Shown: piece after piece, positions 30,850 to 39,931 of the stretch
How positions within the stretch are numbered: the stretch's first letter is position 1
Layout: each line of letters opens with the position of its first letter
Origin: an uncultured Lachnospiraceae bacterium
GTDB lineage: Bacteria; Bacillota; Clostridia; Lachnospirales; Lachnospiraceae
Length of the DNA: 64,000 nucleotides
NCBI GenBank assembly: GCA_902780405.1
Contig: CACZFI010000002.1
Coordinates: forward strand, 47,810-111,809
Direction: 5' to 3'
Program-made: the position numbers and the translations under genes
Notes under the pieces: generated by a model
What the model saw: only the letters and a program-made list of their open reading frames with translations
Database searches by the model: none
What the model was told of the DNA's origin: nothing

Positions 30850-31923
30850 CTATCCTTCGTTCATCTGTGTCAGCTTCGCTGCCTGATCGGCTGCGGTCAG
30901 CGCATCCAAGATCTCCTGGATATCGCCATTCATGATCTGGTCGATCTTGTAAAGCGTCAGCTTGATGCGGTGGTCCGTCACACGACCCTGCGGGAAGTTG
31001 TAGGTACGAATCTTCTCGGAACGGTCTCCCGTACCGATCTGGCTTCTTCTTGCCTCCGCCTCTGCGTCATGAGCCTTCTGCTGCTCGATATCATAGAGCT
31101 TTGCACGAAGGAGTGCGAAAGCCTTCTCCTTGTTCTGGAGCTGAGACTTCTCTGTCTGGCTGTAGATTACGATTCCCGTCGGGAAATGTGTCAGTCGTAC
31201 TGCGGAATCCGTGGTGTTGACGCACTGTCCGCCGTTACCGGACGCACGCATAACATCGATACGGATATCCTTCTCGTCGATCTTCACGTCGATGTCCTCC
31301 GCCTCGGGAAGCACAGCAACGGAGATGGTTGAGGTATGGATACGTCCTCCGGACTCGGTCTCGGGCACACGCTGTACACGGTGCACACCACTCTCGTACT
31401 TAAGCACGGAGTAAGCGCCCTTGCCGTTTACCTTAAATGTCACGGACTTCATACCGCCGATGCCGATCTCCTCGAGTTCGAGAAGCTCGTACTTCCAGCC
31501 GCGTCCTTCAATATAATGGATATACATTCTGTAGATCTCGGCAGCGAAAAGGCAGGACTCATCTCCACCCGCGCCGGCACGAATCTCCACGATGACGTTC
31601 TTGTCGTCATTCGGGTCCTTGGGAAGAAGCAGGATTTTCAGCTCATTTGAAGTTGTCTCCACCTTCTCCTTCGCCTCGTTAAGCTCCTCCTTGATCATCT
31701 CGCGCATGTCCTCGTCTTTTTCTGCATCGAGCATCTCGAGGCTGTCCGCGATTGTCTGATTTGCTTCCTTGTATTCAAGATACTTCGCCACGATGGGTGC
31801 AATATCACTCTGCTCCTTCATCAGCTTGCGGAAACGATCCGCATCCGAAGCCACGTCGGGGCTTGCGAGTTCGCCTTCCACCTCGTCCAGTCTGGCTACC
31901 AAATCTTCCAAACGGTCAAACAT
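30850..31923 (-). CDS. prfA: Peptide chain release factor 1
   Basis: PET motif, GNGGQCVN (GGQ) and [14 protein letters not shown]. Confidence 0.97.
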   Translation of the reverse strand: MFDRLEDLVARLDEVEGELASPDVASDADRFRKLMKEQSDIAPIVAKYLEYKEANQTIADSLEMLDAEKDEDMREMIKEELNEAKEKVETTSNELKILLLPKDPNDDKNVIVEIRAGAGGDESCLFAAEIYRMYIHYIEGRGWKYELLELEEIGIGGMKSVTFKVNGKGAYSVLKYESGVHRVQRVPETESGGRIHTSTISVAVLPEAEDIDVKIDEKDIRIDVMRASGNGGQCVNTTDSAVRLTHFPTGIVIYSQTEKSQLQNKEKAFALLRAKLYDIEQQKAHDAEAEARRSQIGTGDRSEKIRTYNFPQGRVTDHRIKLTLYKIDQIMNGDIQEILDALTAADQAAKLTQMNEG

Positions 31924-31943
31924 AAATCATCCTCCAAATTCTT

Positions 31944-32804
31944 CTATCTGCATCTCGCCGATACGATGCGGTCAAGTCCCGCATAGTCTTTCATCACGGC
32001 GATCTCATCATAACCTGCTCTTCTTAATATCTCCGGCACCGTCTCACCCTGATCGAATCCGATCTCAAAGATGATCCGTCCGTTCTCACGAAGAAATCCC
32101 GTGGCTTCCTCCGCAATCCTTTCATAGTATACGAGTCCCGACGCATCCCCGTCAAGGGCAAGATGGGGCTCGTGGTCTTTTACTTCCGGCTCAAGTTTCC
32201 CGATCTCCTCCGACGGAATGTACGGCGGGTTCGACAGGATCAGGTCAAATGTATCCTCCCCGAAACCGTCGAACAGATCCGACTTCACAATCCGCACCGA
32301 GGGTGCCAGTCGGTCACGGTTTTTCGCAGCAACGGAAAGTGCCTCGTAGGATATATCCGAAAGCATCACATCATCCGAAAAGCCGGCCTTCTCTCGCATC
32401 AGGTGGTACGCGATGCCGATGCATCCCGAACCCGTGCATAGGTCAAGTACCGACAAAGACTTTTTCTCCGGGAAATGTACCGACGCCTGGCGTACCGCTT
32501 CTTCCACGAGAAGTTCCGTCTCAGGTCTCGGGATTAAAACACCCGGTGCCACGTCAAACTCATAACCCATAAAGTCCTGGCGTCCCACCAAGTACTGGCA
32601 GGGAATCCTGGTTGCTCTTTTTTCTATCAAATTCAGGTAAGCTTCTTCCGCGGAAATCTCAGCTTCTTCTTCATAATGAAGCATCAAGTCTGAATACTTA
32701 AATCCCACCACATGCGCAAGCAGGATCTTCGCATCCGTATCTTCCGTGATGCCCGCTTCATGAAGTCTGTCATTCCCCTTCCGGAGAAGTTCCTTCAGTT
32801 TCAT
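31944..32804 (-). CDS. prmC: Release-factor glutamine methyltransferase
   Basis: LIPRPETE, DLCTGSG and SNPPY. Confidence 0.95.
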   Translation of the reverse strand: MKLKELLRKGNDRLHEAGITEDTDAKILLAHVVGFKYSDLMLHYEEEAEISAEEAYLNLIEKRATRIPCQYLVGRQDFMGYEFDVAPGVLIPRPETELLVEEAVRQASVHFPEKKSLSVLDLCTGSGCIGIAYHLMREKAGFSDDVMLSDISYEALSVAAKNRDRLAPSVRIVKSDLFDGFGEDTFDLILSNPPYIPSEEIGKLEPEVKDHEPHLALDGDASGLVYYERIAEEATGFLRENGRIIFEIGFDQGETVPEILRRAGYDEIAVMKDYAGLDRIVSARCR

Positions 32805-33723
32805 CAAGTACGACTCCCTGTTCCTTCAAATACGCCCTCCAGTCAAGGACAGCCTCAACAGATGCGATGGCGACCTCAACCATATCGGGATCCGGTTCTC
32901 TCGTGGTAAGTCTCTGTACCCAGAGTCCCGGCTTGCTTAAGGTATTGGCACATACATTTTCATGTGCACCCGCGTAGCGGATAAACTCATAAGAGATGCC
33001 CGCAATCAGCGGCACAAGCAAGATGCGGAGCACAAGCCTCAGCCACATGGTTCGTGTGGTGATGCACATAAACACCAGAATACTCACGAACATAACGATG
33101 AATAAAAAGCTGGTACCGCAGCGCTTGTGAAAACGTGTATGCTTCATTACATTTTCCACGGTAAGTGCTTCGCCGTGCTCAAGACAATTGATGGTCTTAT
33201 GCTCAGCACCGTGGTACATGAATGTCCGCTTGATGTCCTCCATCAAGGAGATCACAGCCACGTAACCGAGGAAGATTGCAAGGCGGATCACGCCTTCAAT
33301 CAAACCGATCAATACATGATTATCTATGACCTTTTCAAGCATGCCCGCAATCCATGCCGGAAGCAGCATGAAAAGACCGACTGCAAGAACGACAGACAGT
33401 GCAACGGTTCCATAAAGCGCCCAGTCCGTACCGCTCTTCTTCTCTTTCTTCTGATCCTCTTCTTCCTCGTCGAAGAAAGAAGCGGAATATGTAAGTGTCT
33501 TCGTACCGATCACAAGGGACTCGATGAAGCTCACCACACCGCGCACGATGGGAAGTTTCGCAATAACATTCTTCTCCGCCGCGGGGGTGAAGTTGTTGCC
33601 GCTTACCTCGATCTCCTTATCCGGTTTTCTGACTGCCACCGCGTACTTGCCACCGTTGCGCATCATTACGCCTTCGATGACGGCCTGTCCGCCGATGGTA
33701 ATCTTCTTTGATTCTTCCTTCAT
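32770..33723 (-). CDS. DUF1385 membrane protein
   Basis: IGGQAVIEGVMM, YHGAEHK and HKRCGTSF; usual position between rpmE and prmC. Confidence 0.88.
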   Translation of the reverse strand: MKEESKKITIGGQAVIEGVMMRNGGKYAVAVRKPDKEIEVSGNNFTPAAEKNVIAKLPIVRGVVSFIESLVIGTKTLTYSASFFDEEEEDQKKEKKSGTDWALYGTVALSVVLAVGLFMLLPAWIAGMLEKVIDNHVLIGLIEGVIRLAIFLGYVAVISLMEDIKRTFMYHGAEHKTINCLEHGEALTVENVMKHTRFHKRCGTSFLFIVMFVSILVFMCITTRTMWLRLVLRILLVPLIAGISYEFIRYAGAHENVCANTLSKPGLWVQRLTTREPDPDMVEVAIASVEAVLDWRAYLKEQGVVLDETEGTSPEGE

Positions 33724-33755
33724 GTCACTCACCAAAAAAACTGCCGATTCACAAG

Positions 33756-33786
33756 AAAAGGACCTGCTACCGTCGTAACAAGTCCT
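33756..33786 (-). terminator. Terminator after rpmE
   Basis: AGGACTTGTTAC/GTAGCAGGTCCT stem followed by TTTT. Confidence 0.65.
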
Positions 33787-33807
33787 GATTTCTTATACGA
33801 ATCAATC

Positions 33808-34014
33808 TTATGCCTGTGTAACACCGTACTTACGGTTGAACTTATCGATTCTACCTCTTGCCTGAGCAGCCTTCTGCTGGCCTGTGTAGAATGAATGGCA
33901 CTTGGAACAGATTTCCACGTGGATCTCTTCCTTGGTAGAACCTGTTACGAATTCGTTTCCGCAGTTACATACAACCTTTGCCTGATAGTACTCAGGATGG
34001 ATGCCTTCTCTCAT
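33808..34014 (-). CDS. rpmE: 50S ribosomal protein L31 (Zn-binding type)
   Basis: [23 protein letters not shown] and [11 protein letters not shown]. Confidence 0.97.
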   Translation of the reverse strand: MREGIHPEYYQAKVVCNCGNEFVTGSTKEEIHVEICSKCHSFYTGQQKAAQARGRIDKFNRKYGVTQA

Positions 34015-34074
34015 GTCTTTCACCTCTTAATTATACTACTGTAAACGATCCCGACCGTTATAACAGCAAGTGAT

Positions 34075-34103
34075 AGTTTACCACAGAAAATCGCTATATG
34101 CAA
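34075..34103 (-). promoter_or_regulatory. rpmE promoter
   Basis: TTGCAT-17 nt-TAAACT with an extended TG. Confidence 0.65.
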
Positions 34104-34135
34104 GCGTTTTTTAGCGGAATTCACAAGATGCACTC

Positions 34136-34264
34136 CACCGGACACATACTTGTTTCAGGGGACGCTCCCGCTTCGATCTCACACGCAGCGGTACTAAGCT
34201 CAGCTGATGCTTCGCTAAGTGCCGGCGTGTTCGGCGACCCCGTTCAACAAGCATGTGTCCGGTG
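34136..34264 (+). repeat. Structured dispersed repeat, copy 1 (REP/MITE-like)
   Basis: Terminal inverted repeat CACCGGACACATACTTGTT...AACAAGCATGTGTCCGGTG; the interior is nearly identical to the reverse complement of 48195-48321. Confidence 0.85.
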
Positions 34265-34294
34265 TCGCTGTATTTCTGGATTCTGTAACACTTT

Positions 34295-34317
34295 CGTAAT
34301 GGGGTCAGGCACCTTTT
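34295..34317. repeat. 23-bp direct repeat, copy A (CGTAATGGGGTCAGGCACCTTTT)
   Basis: Identical to 34629-34651. Confidence 0.95.
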
Positions 34318-34581
34318 TGTTCCTTCATTTTTCTATATAGTTCTGCTAATTCCAACAATTCAATTCCCAGTCCATCTTCATGATTCCATGAATCAACTAT
34401 CACCCTAGGATATAACAAAGGCAGACATTTGCGTATCATTGTTTTTTCTAACTCTTTTAAGATGCTAATCAATTGTGTTTTGTTTTTTTTTGCTTCTACC
34501 AAGTTCAACAGCTTCTATTTCTAATTTTAGCTTTTGTTGAATCTCCATGTTTTTTTTCTTGAAGTCGGCTTCTAATGACAT
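34305..34581 (-). pseudogene. AT-rich ~91-aa ORF split by a +1 frameshift at an A9 tract
   Basis: GGAGG RBS and ATG at 34581. As read, it stops at 34465 after 38 aa. Deleting one A of the A9 tract (34483-34491) joins it to the 34305-34508 frame, whose TGA lies inside repeat A. Confidence 0.65.
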
Positions 34582-34628
34582 TTAATCAAATCCTCCAAAT
34601 CATTTATGTACCACTGCCTTGCACCACC

Positions 34629-34651
34629 CGTAATGGGGTCAGGCACCTTTT
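34629..34651. repeat. 23-bp direct repeat, copy B
   Basis: Identical to 34295-34317. Confidence 0.95.
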
Positions 34652-34705
34652 CTCGGCACTTTTTCTCGCTAAATTATACTAACAGCACATTTCTATTTTC
34701 TGTTT

Positions 34706-34975
34706 CTAGTTAGGAATTCTCATAATAAACGCTTTTAAAGCTTTTTCCCCTTTTTCACTTAATAATAACTCTAATGCTGTCTTTCCATCAAATTTCCGAA
34801 GCGGAGTATTAAACCAGTCGCCCCCATTATTCCCTATTATCGAATAAACCGCATTTATCACATCCTGAGGAACACCCTTGATTATAATATCGACTTTATC
34901 GAAACAATTAGCAAAATCTATCCAATCATCATCATTGTATTCATCATAGAAAAAATCAATCATATTCAATGTCAA
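34706..34975 (-). CDS. Small AT-rich protein with an Xre/MbcA/ParS-like C-terminal motif (start uncertain)
   Basis: DWFNTPLRKFDGKTALELLLSEKGEKALKAFIMRI resembles the WLxxPxxxLGGxxPLxLL...G...RI toxin-binding consensus. Confidence 0.55.
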   Translation of the reverse strand: MTLNMIDFFYDEYNDDDWIDFANCFDKVDIIIKGVPQDVINAVYSIIGNNGGDWFNTPLRKFDGKTALELLLSEKGEKALKAFIMRIPN

Positions 34976-34976
34976 T

Positions 34977-35105
34977 TCACCCCCACTTGGTTATATTATC
35001 AATCAACTCCTGTTTATTCATATTTTCAAATATGTATATTCCTTGCCAAAGCCTGTCAATTCCATCTTTCCAGTTTTCATATTCACTCTTGTTAGCCTGC
35101 TCCAT
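34977..35105 (-). CDS. Possible 42-aa ORF or gene remnant
   Basis: Hand translation: MEQANKSEYENWKDGIDRLWQGIYIFENMNKQELIDNITKWG*. Weak AAGGA RBS; fills the gap between the ATPase and the MbcA-like ORF. Confidence 0.35.
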   Translation of the reverse strand: MEQANKSEYENWKDGIDRLWQGIYIFENMNKQELIDNITKWG

Positions 35106-35123
35106 TCTGAATCTATTTCCTTC

Positions 35124-36173
35124 TCAAAACGCTTCCAGCTTACGCTTGACAAACTCCGAAAACCTCGGCAGTTTAACGGATAATACGCCCCATTGCGAGT
35201 CATCAATGACACCTTTATTGGCGAGGCGTTCCTTGTACTGAGAGAATTCGTTTTTCTTCTGTCCGGTCAGTTCTAAAAGCTCCGCTGTCTTCATAGATTC
35301 CTTCTGTGCGATAAAGCTCATGAAGAAGCGATCCTTCTCCGACATCTCAGCCCAGATTTTATTATAGACATAAGCCTCCAGTGCTTCGTCGAAGTGCATG
35401 AGCACATCCTCCGTAAGCTTGTGTTCTTCGCTGTCCCATACGTACTTACCAAGTGCCTGATACGCAAACGGATAACCCTTGGTTTGTCTTGCCAACTCTC
35501 CGGCCTCGTCTTCGCCGATACCTAGTGTGTCGCGATAGCTGTTTTTCATGGCAACAAAATTGAGTGGTGCCATGTGATACTTCGGCGCTCTGTAAAGGAA
35601 TGTCAGATTCTTCTCATCTTCAAGATTGTGGATGTTCTCATACAATCCCGCCATAACCAGATAAATTGGCAGTTCCTGTCGCACCATAATCTGAAAGCTT
35701 CCCGCAAATTGTTTCATGGATGCAGTATTACACACCTCATCAACAGTAACCAGCAAGCGCTTATTCTTCTTTTTCATTTCCGTAAGAATCTTCTCTAATG
35801 CTGCTTCGATGTCTGCGGTCGGCGGTACATTTTTCACAGAAACACCGATTCCGAAAGCCGAGAGATTGATTCCCTTTTCGAAAAACTTTTTGAAATCGCC
35901 GTCATGATCATAAATCTTGGCAACCAGACTGTTCAACATATCCCTTTCCGTGTTGAGTCCGATTACAATCCAGTCTTTCTGCTCGCGAATGCGACTCTCG
36001 ATTGCTGTCATCGTGACTGTTTTTCCGGATCCGCGCACACCGCACAGCATAAAGCACTGATTCTGCACAATGTCGGATTCCAACTCATCCACTATCTCAT
36101 CCACGACCAGCCCTCGTTCAATATACTGATGTGGTTTTCTTCCGAAAGATAAAACATACGGATTCTTATCCAT
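35124..36173 (-). CDS. Accessory AAA+/P-loop ATPase with a probable C-terminal winged helix
   Basis: NPYVLSFG, CGVRGSGKT, VTVDEV, TKGYPFAYQ and C-terminal FSQYKERLANKGVI. Confidence 0.85.
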   Translation of the reverse strand: MDKNPYVLSFGRKPHQYIERGLVVDEIVDELESDIVQNQCFMLCGVRGSGKTVTMTAIESRIREQKDWIVIGLNTERDMLNSLVAKIYDHDGDFKKFFEKGINLSAFGIGVSVKNVPPTADIEAALEKILTEMKKKNKRLLVTVDEVCNTASMKQFAGSFQIMVRQELPIYLVMAGLYENIHNLEDEKNLTFLYRAPKYHMAPLNFVAMKNSYRDTLGIGEDEAGELARQTKGYPFAYQALGKYVWDSEEHKLTEDVLMHFDEALEAYVYNKIWAEMSEKDRFFMSFIAQKESMKTAELLELTGQKKNEFSQYKERLANKGVIDDSQWGVLSVKLPRFSEFVKRKLEAF

Positions 36174-36199
36174 AATACTCGCCTCATTTCTGTTCTGCT

Positions 36200-36284
36200 T
36201 ATATACTTTTCATACTCTTATATACTTCTATATACTTTATATACTCTTATATACTTTTGAATTCATTATATACTCTTATATACT
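36200..36284. repeat. Array of seven TATATACT octamers at ~9-10 bp spacing
   Basis: Copies start at 36200, 36219, 36229, 36238, 36248, 36267 and 36277, with a partial CATACT at 36211. Confidence 0.9.
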
Positions 36285-36307
36285 TTTTTGTCAATCGAAC
36301 AGAATCT

Positions 36308-36348
36308 AAAAAACACTGCATCATTCCGCACGGAAACGATGCAGTGTC
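36308..36348 (-). terminator. rho terminator
   Basis: ACACTGCATC...GATGCAGTGT stem followed by TTTTT on the minus strand. Confidence 0.8.
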
Positions 36349-36353
36349 AAAGA

Positions 36354-37913
36354 TTACTTGCGCATTAAAGCCTTCTTTACGTGGTACACGAATTCTTTGT
36401 TATCTTTGGTGCGGGAGAAGAGTTTTAGGATCTCGTCGGTGTACTCTTCGGCCTTGGCGCCGGAGATGGCCTTGTGGATCAGATTCACAGCTTCCTGCTC
36501 TTCTTCGGTGAGAAGGAGGTCTTCGCGTCTGGTTCCGGAGCGCGTGATGTCGATGGCCGGGAAGATACGCTTCTCGGACAGCTTTCTGTCAAGAACGAGT
36601 TCCATGTTACCGGTACCCTTGAATTCCTCGAAGACAACGTCATCCATACGGCTTCCGGTCTCAACAAGTGCGGTTGCAAGGATGGTGAGACTTCCTCCCT
36701 CGCGCATGTTACGGGCCGCACCGAAGAACCGCTTCGGCATATGCAGTGCCGCCGGATCAAGTCCGCCGGAAAGTGTACGTCCGCTGGGCGGAACGGTCAG
36801 GTTGTAGGCTCTGGCGAGTCTGGTGATGGAATCAAGCAGGATGACCACATCCTGTCCGTGCTCCACGAGACGCTTGGCGCGCTCGATCACCATCTCGGAT
36901 ACACGCTTATGATGCTCGGGAAGCTCATCAAAGGTCGAGTAGATCACCTCTACATTATCTCCCTCGATGGACTCACGGATATCCGTAACCTCCTCGGGTC
37001 GCTCGTCGATCAAAAGAACGATCAAATGCATGTCTTTATTGTTGCGGCTGATGCACTTCGCGATCGCCTTAAGGAGTGTCGTCTTACCGGCTTTCGGCGG
37101 CGAAACGATCATACCTCTCTGTCCCTTACCGATAGGAGAAAGAATGTCTACGATACGAACCGCCACGGAAGCACCGGGCACATCCATATGAATCCTGTCA
37201 TCCGGGAAGATGGGCGTTAAATCCTCGAAAGGTGTACGCTTTGCAGCCACAGAGGGCTTGTATCCGTTCACATGTCTGATATAAAGGAGCGCAGAGAACT
37301 TCTCGCTCTGTGTCTTGATGCGGATGGGTCCGCCGATAATATCGCCCTTCTTTAAGGCAAATTTCTTGATCTGTACGGGTGATACATAGACATCGCGATC
37401 GCCGGGCAGGTAATTGGCGCTTCGTATGAATCCGTAACCCTCGTTCATAACCTCGAGGATACCGTCAGCCTCTTCGCCACTGTCTAAGTTGGCATTATAC
37501 TCCTGACCGTCATAGATTTTGATATCCGTATCCCCGTCCGGTGTCTCGGGCTCTAAGTTTCTCTGCTCCTGATAGTTCCTGTCCTCGGTCTGTACATGAC
37601 GCAGGATGGTCTTCTCCGTACGCTGCTCAGGACGTCGCTCCGCACGGTCGCTCTCGGAAACAGCCGCACGTTTTTTATCGGCGGGGCGCTGCTCTGCCGG
37701 CTTTTCGGTAGCAGGTCTTCCGGTCGTACGCCTTTTTTCTGCAGGCTTTTCGGACACAGTTTCCTCCTGCGCCTGGTTTCTCTTGGCAAACATCATCTCA
37801 ACATTGGTGAGAAGTTCTACAAGTTCGCCTTTTTTAAGGGTGGTGATACCACGAATCCCCTTCTCCTTTGCGAGTTCACGCAACTCGGCAAGGGACATCT
37901 TGTTGTAGTCCAT
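36354..37913 (-). CDS. rho: Transcription termination factor Rho
   Basis: [30 protein letters not shown] and [10 protein letters not shown]; N-terminal charged insert. Start reassigned to MDYNKMS behind AAAGGAG. Confidence 0.97.
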   Translation of the reverse strand: MDYNKMSLAELRELAKEKGIRGITTLKKGELVELLTNVEMMFAKRNQAQEETVSEKPAEKRRTTGRPATEKPAEQRPADKKRAAVSESDRAERRPEQRTEKTILRHVQTEDRNYQEQRNLEPETPDGDTDIKIYDGQEYNANLDSGEEADGILEVMNEGYGFIRSANYLPGDRDVYVSPVQIKKFALKKGDIIGGPIRIKTQSEKFSALLYIRHVNGYKPSVAAKRTPFEDLTPIFPDDRIHMDVPGASVAVRIVDILSPIGKGQRGMIVSPPKAGKTTLLKAIAKCISRNNKDMHLIVLLIDERPEEVTDIRESIEGDNVEVIYSTFDELPEHHKRVSEMVIERAKRLVEHGQDVVILLDSITRLARAYNLTVPPSGRTLSGGLDPAALHMPKRFFGAARNMREGGSLTILATALVETGSRMDDVVFEEFKGTGNMELVLDRKLSEKRIFPAIDITRSGTRREDLLLTEEEQEAVNLIHKAISGAKAEEYTDEILKLFSRTKDNKEFVYHVKKALMRK

Positions 37914-38021
37914 ATGATCTCCTTTATGTAATTCCAAAAAAAGTTTGTATGGGTAACGTAAGAACTCTGATTTAGATAAGATGAGTCTAACACAAATAAA
38001 AGAAAAGGTCTACTAAAATAT

Positions 38022-38609
38022 TTACTCCGGAAGCAATTCTTCGATCAGGTTCCAGATCTCGTCACGGCCCTGTTTTGTCTGGGACGAAAACGGAATGATG
38101 ACTGTATCTTCACCTGCCCCGAGTGTCTTTCTAATCTCGCTCACACACTTAAGAAGCTGGCTTCTCTTGATCTTGTCCAGCTTGGTTGCAATGATGATGG
38201 GCTCCCAGCCGTTCGCCACGATCCAGTCATACATTTGCTTGTCATTCTCACCGGGTTTGTGGCGGATATCGATCAGCAAAAAAACGCGTCTCAACTCCTT
38301 GGAGCGGGACAGATAACGCTCGATCATCTTCCCCCACTTCGCGCGCTGTTCCTTACTCACCTGCGCGTAGCCGTATCCGGGAAGGTCAACAAAATAAAAC
38401 TTCTCATTGATCTTGTAGAAGTTGATGGTCTGGGTCTTACCCGGCGCGGAGGACGTTCTTGCGAGTGCCTTGCGATTCAATAAACCGTTGATTAAAGAAG
38501 ATTTGCCGACATTGGATTTGCCGGCAAATGCTATCTCTGGTAATGGATTTTCAGGCAGCGTGCTTGTAACGCCACATACAGTTTCAAGCTCTGCTGATTT
38601 GATCTTCAT
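38022..38609 (-). CDS. engB: Ribosome biogenesis GTPase YihA/YsxC
   Basis: GKSNVGKSSLIN, PGKTQT, DLPGYG and TKLD. Confidence 0.96.
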   Translation of the reverse strand: MKIKSAELETVCGVTSTLPENPLPEIAFAGKSNVGKSSLINGLLNRKALARTSSAPGKTQTINFYKINEKFYFVDLPGYGYAQVSKEQRAKWGKMIERYLSRSKELRRVFLLIDIRHKPGENDKQMYDWIVANGWEPIIIATKLDKIKRSQLLKCVSEIRKTLGAGEDTVIIPFSSQTKQGRDEIWNLIEELLPE

Positions 38610-38614
38610 CTTTC

Positions 38615-39913
38615 TTATGCGATGCCGCTGGCATCTCTCTTTCTGACATGTCTGTGGAATGTCAGTTTCTTGTTTCTGGGTTCCTCAAGGTAGGTGATCT
38701 CAGGCTCTGCGCCCTCTTCCACAACCGCCTTGGTAATAACTACCTTGTCGATCAGCTCGTTCGTGGGAACTTCGTACATCTGATCCATAACAATGCGCTC
38801 CATAATGGCGCGGAGTCCTCTGGCACCGGTCTTTCTGGTCATGGCCTCCTTCGCAATGGCGCGAAGCGCATCCTCTTCAAACTCAAGCGTAACGCCATCA
38901 AGTTCAAAGAGCTTCTTGTACTGCTTACAGATGGCAGACTTCGGCTCGGACAGAATCCGCATCAAAGCCTCCTCATCGAGCAGATCAAGTGTAACCGTAA
39001 CCGGAACACGTCCGATAAACTCGGGGATCAATCCGTACTTGATAAAGTCCTCGGGAAGTACCTTTCGAAGGGTATCTCCAAGCTTCGCATCGGTTCTGTC
39101 GGAACCGAGTTCTGCAGCGAAACCGATGGACTTCTTGCCGATACGGTTGTCGATGATCTTCTCAAGACCTTCAAATGCACCACCGCAGATAAAGAGGATA
39201 TTCGTTGTATCAATCTGAATAAACTCCTGCTGAGGATGCTTTCTTCCGCCCTGGGGCGGCACGGAGGCAACCGTACCCTCCATAATCTTTAAGAGTGCCT
39301 GCTGAACGCCTTCACCCGAAACATCTCTGGTGATGCTGACGTTCTCGGACTTCTTTGTGATCTTATCGATCTCGTCAATATAGACGATACCATGCTCAGC
39401 CCTGTCAATGTCATAATCCGCTGCCTGGATGAGCTTTAAGAGGATGTTCTCCACATCCTCACCCACATAACCGGCCTCGGTCAGTGTGGTTGCGTCCGCG
39501 ATGGCAAAGGGAACATTCAGAAGCTTTGCAAGTGTCTGTGCAAGGTAAGTCTTACCTGAACCCGTAGAACCAAGCATCAGGATGTTGCTCTTCTGGAGCT
39601 CAACATCAAAATCCTTGTCAGACAGAATTCTCTTGTAGTGATTATAAACTGCTACGGAGAGAATCTTCTTGGCCTGCTCCTGTCCGATCACATACTCATC
39701 AAGGAATTCCTTGATCTCCTTCGGACGAAGCAGATTGATGTCGGTGTCGATATCGTCCGCAAACTCATCCTGGATGATCTCGGAACAAATGTCGATACAC
39801 TCGTCACAAATATATACATTCGGGCCCGCAATCAGCTTGCGAACCTGCTCCTGTGTCTTATTACAGAAGGAGCAGCGGATCTTCTTTCTTTCTTCGGTAC
39901 TACGTCCTGCCAT
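38615..39913 (-). CDS. clpX: ATP-dependent Clp protease ATPase ClpX
   Basis: Zn-binding CSFC...[27 protein letters not shown] and RKTGARGL. Confidence 0.98.
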   Translation of the reverse strand: MAGRSTEERKKIRCSFCNKTQEQVRKLIAGPNVYICDECIDICSEIIQDEFADDIDTDINLLRPKEIKEFLDEYVIGQEQAKKILSVAVYNHYKRILSDKDFDVELQKSNILMLGSTGSGKTYLAQTLAKLLNVPFAIADATTLTEAGYVGEDVENILLKLIQAADYDIDRAEHGIVYIDEIDKITKKSENVSITRDVSGEGVQQALLKIMEGTVASVPPQGGRKHPQQEFIQIDTTNILFICGGAFEGLEKIIDNRIGKKSIGFAAELGSDRTDAKLGDTLRKVLPEDFIKYGLIPEFIGRVPVTVTLDLLDEEALMRILSEPKSAICKQYKKLFELDGVTLEFEEDALRAIAKEAMTRKTGARGLRAIMERIVMDQMYEVPTNELIDKVVITKAVVEEGAEPEITYLEEPRNKKLTFHRHVRKRDASGIA

Positions 39914-39931
39914 GATTACCTCTAATCCGAT

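Noticed and set aside
34295-34651. attL/attR of a prophage or ICE
   Set aside because: The repeats are only 334 bp apart, with no integrase, tRNA target or phage genes; kept instead as a cassette hypothesis.
35018-35212. 64-aa minus-strand ORF overlapping the ATPase 3' end
   Set aside because: It starts inside the ATPase in another frame and has no RBS; the 34977-35105 ORF fits the gap better.
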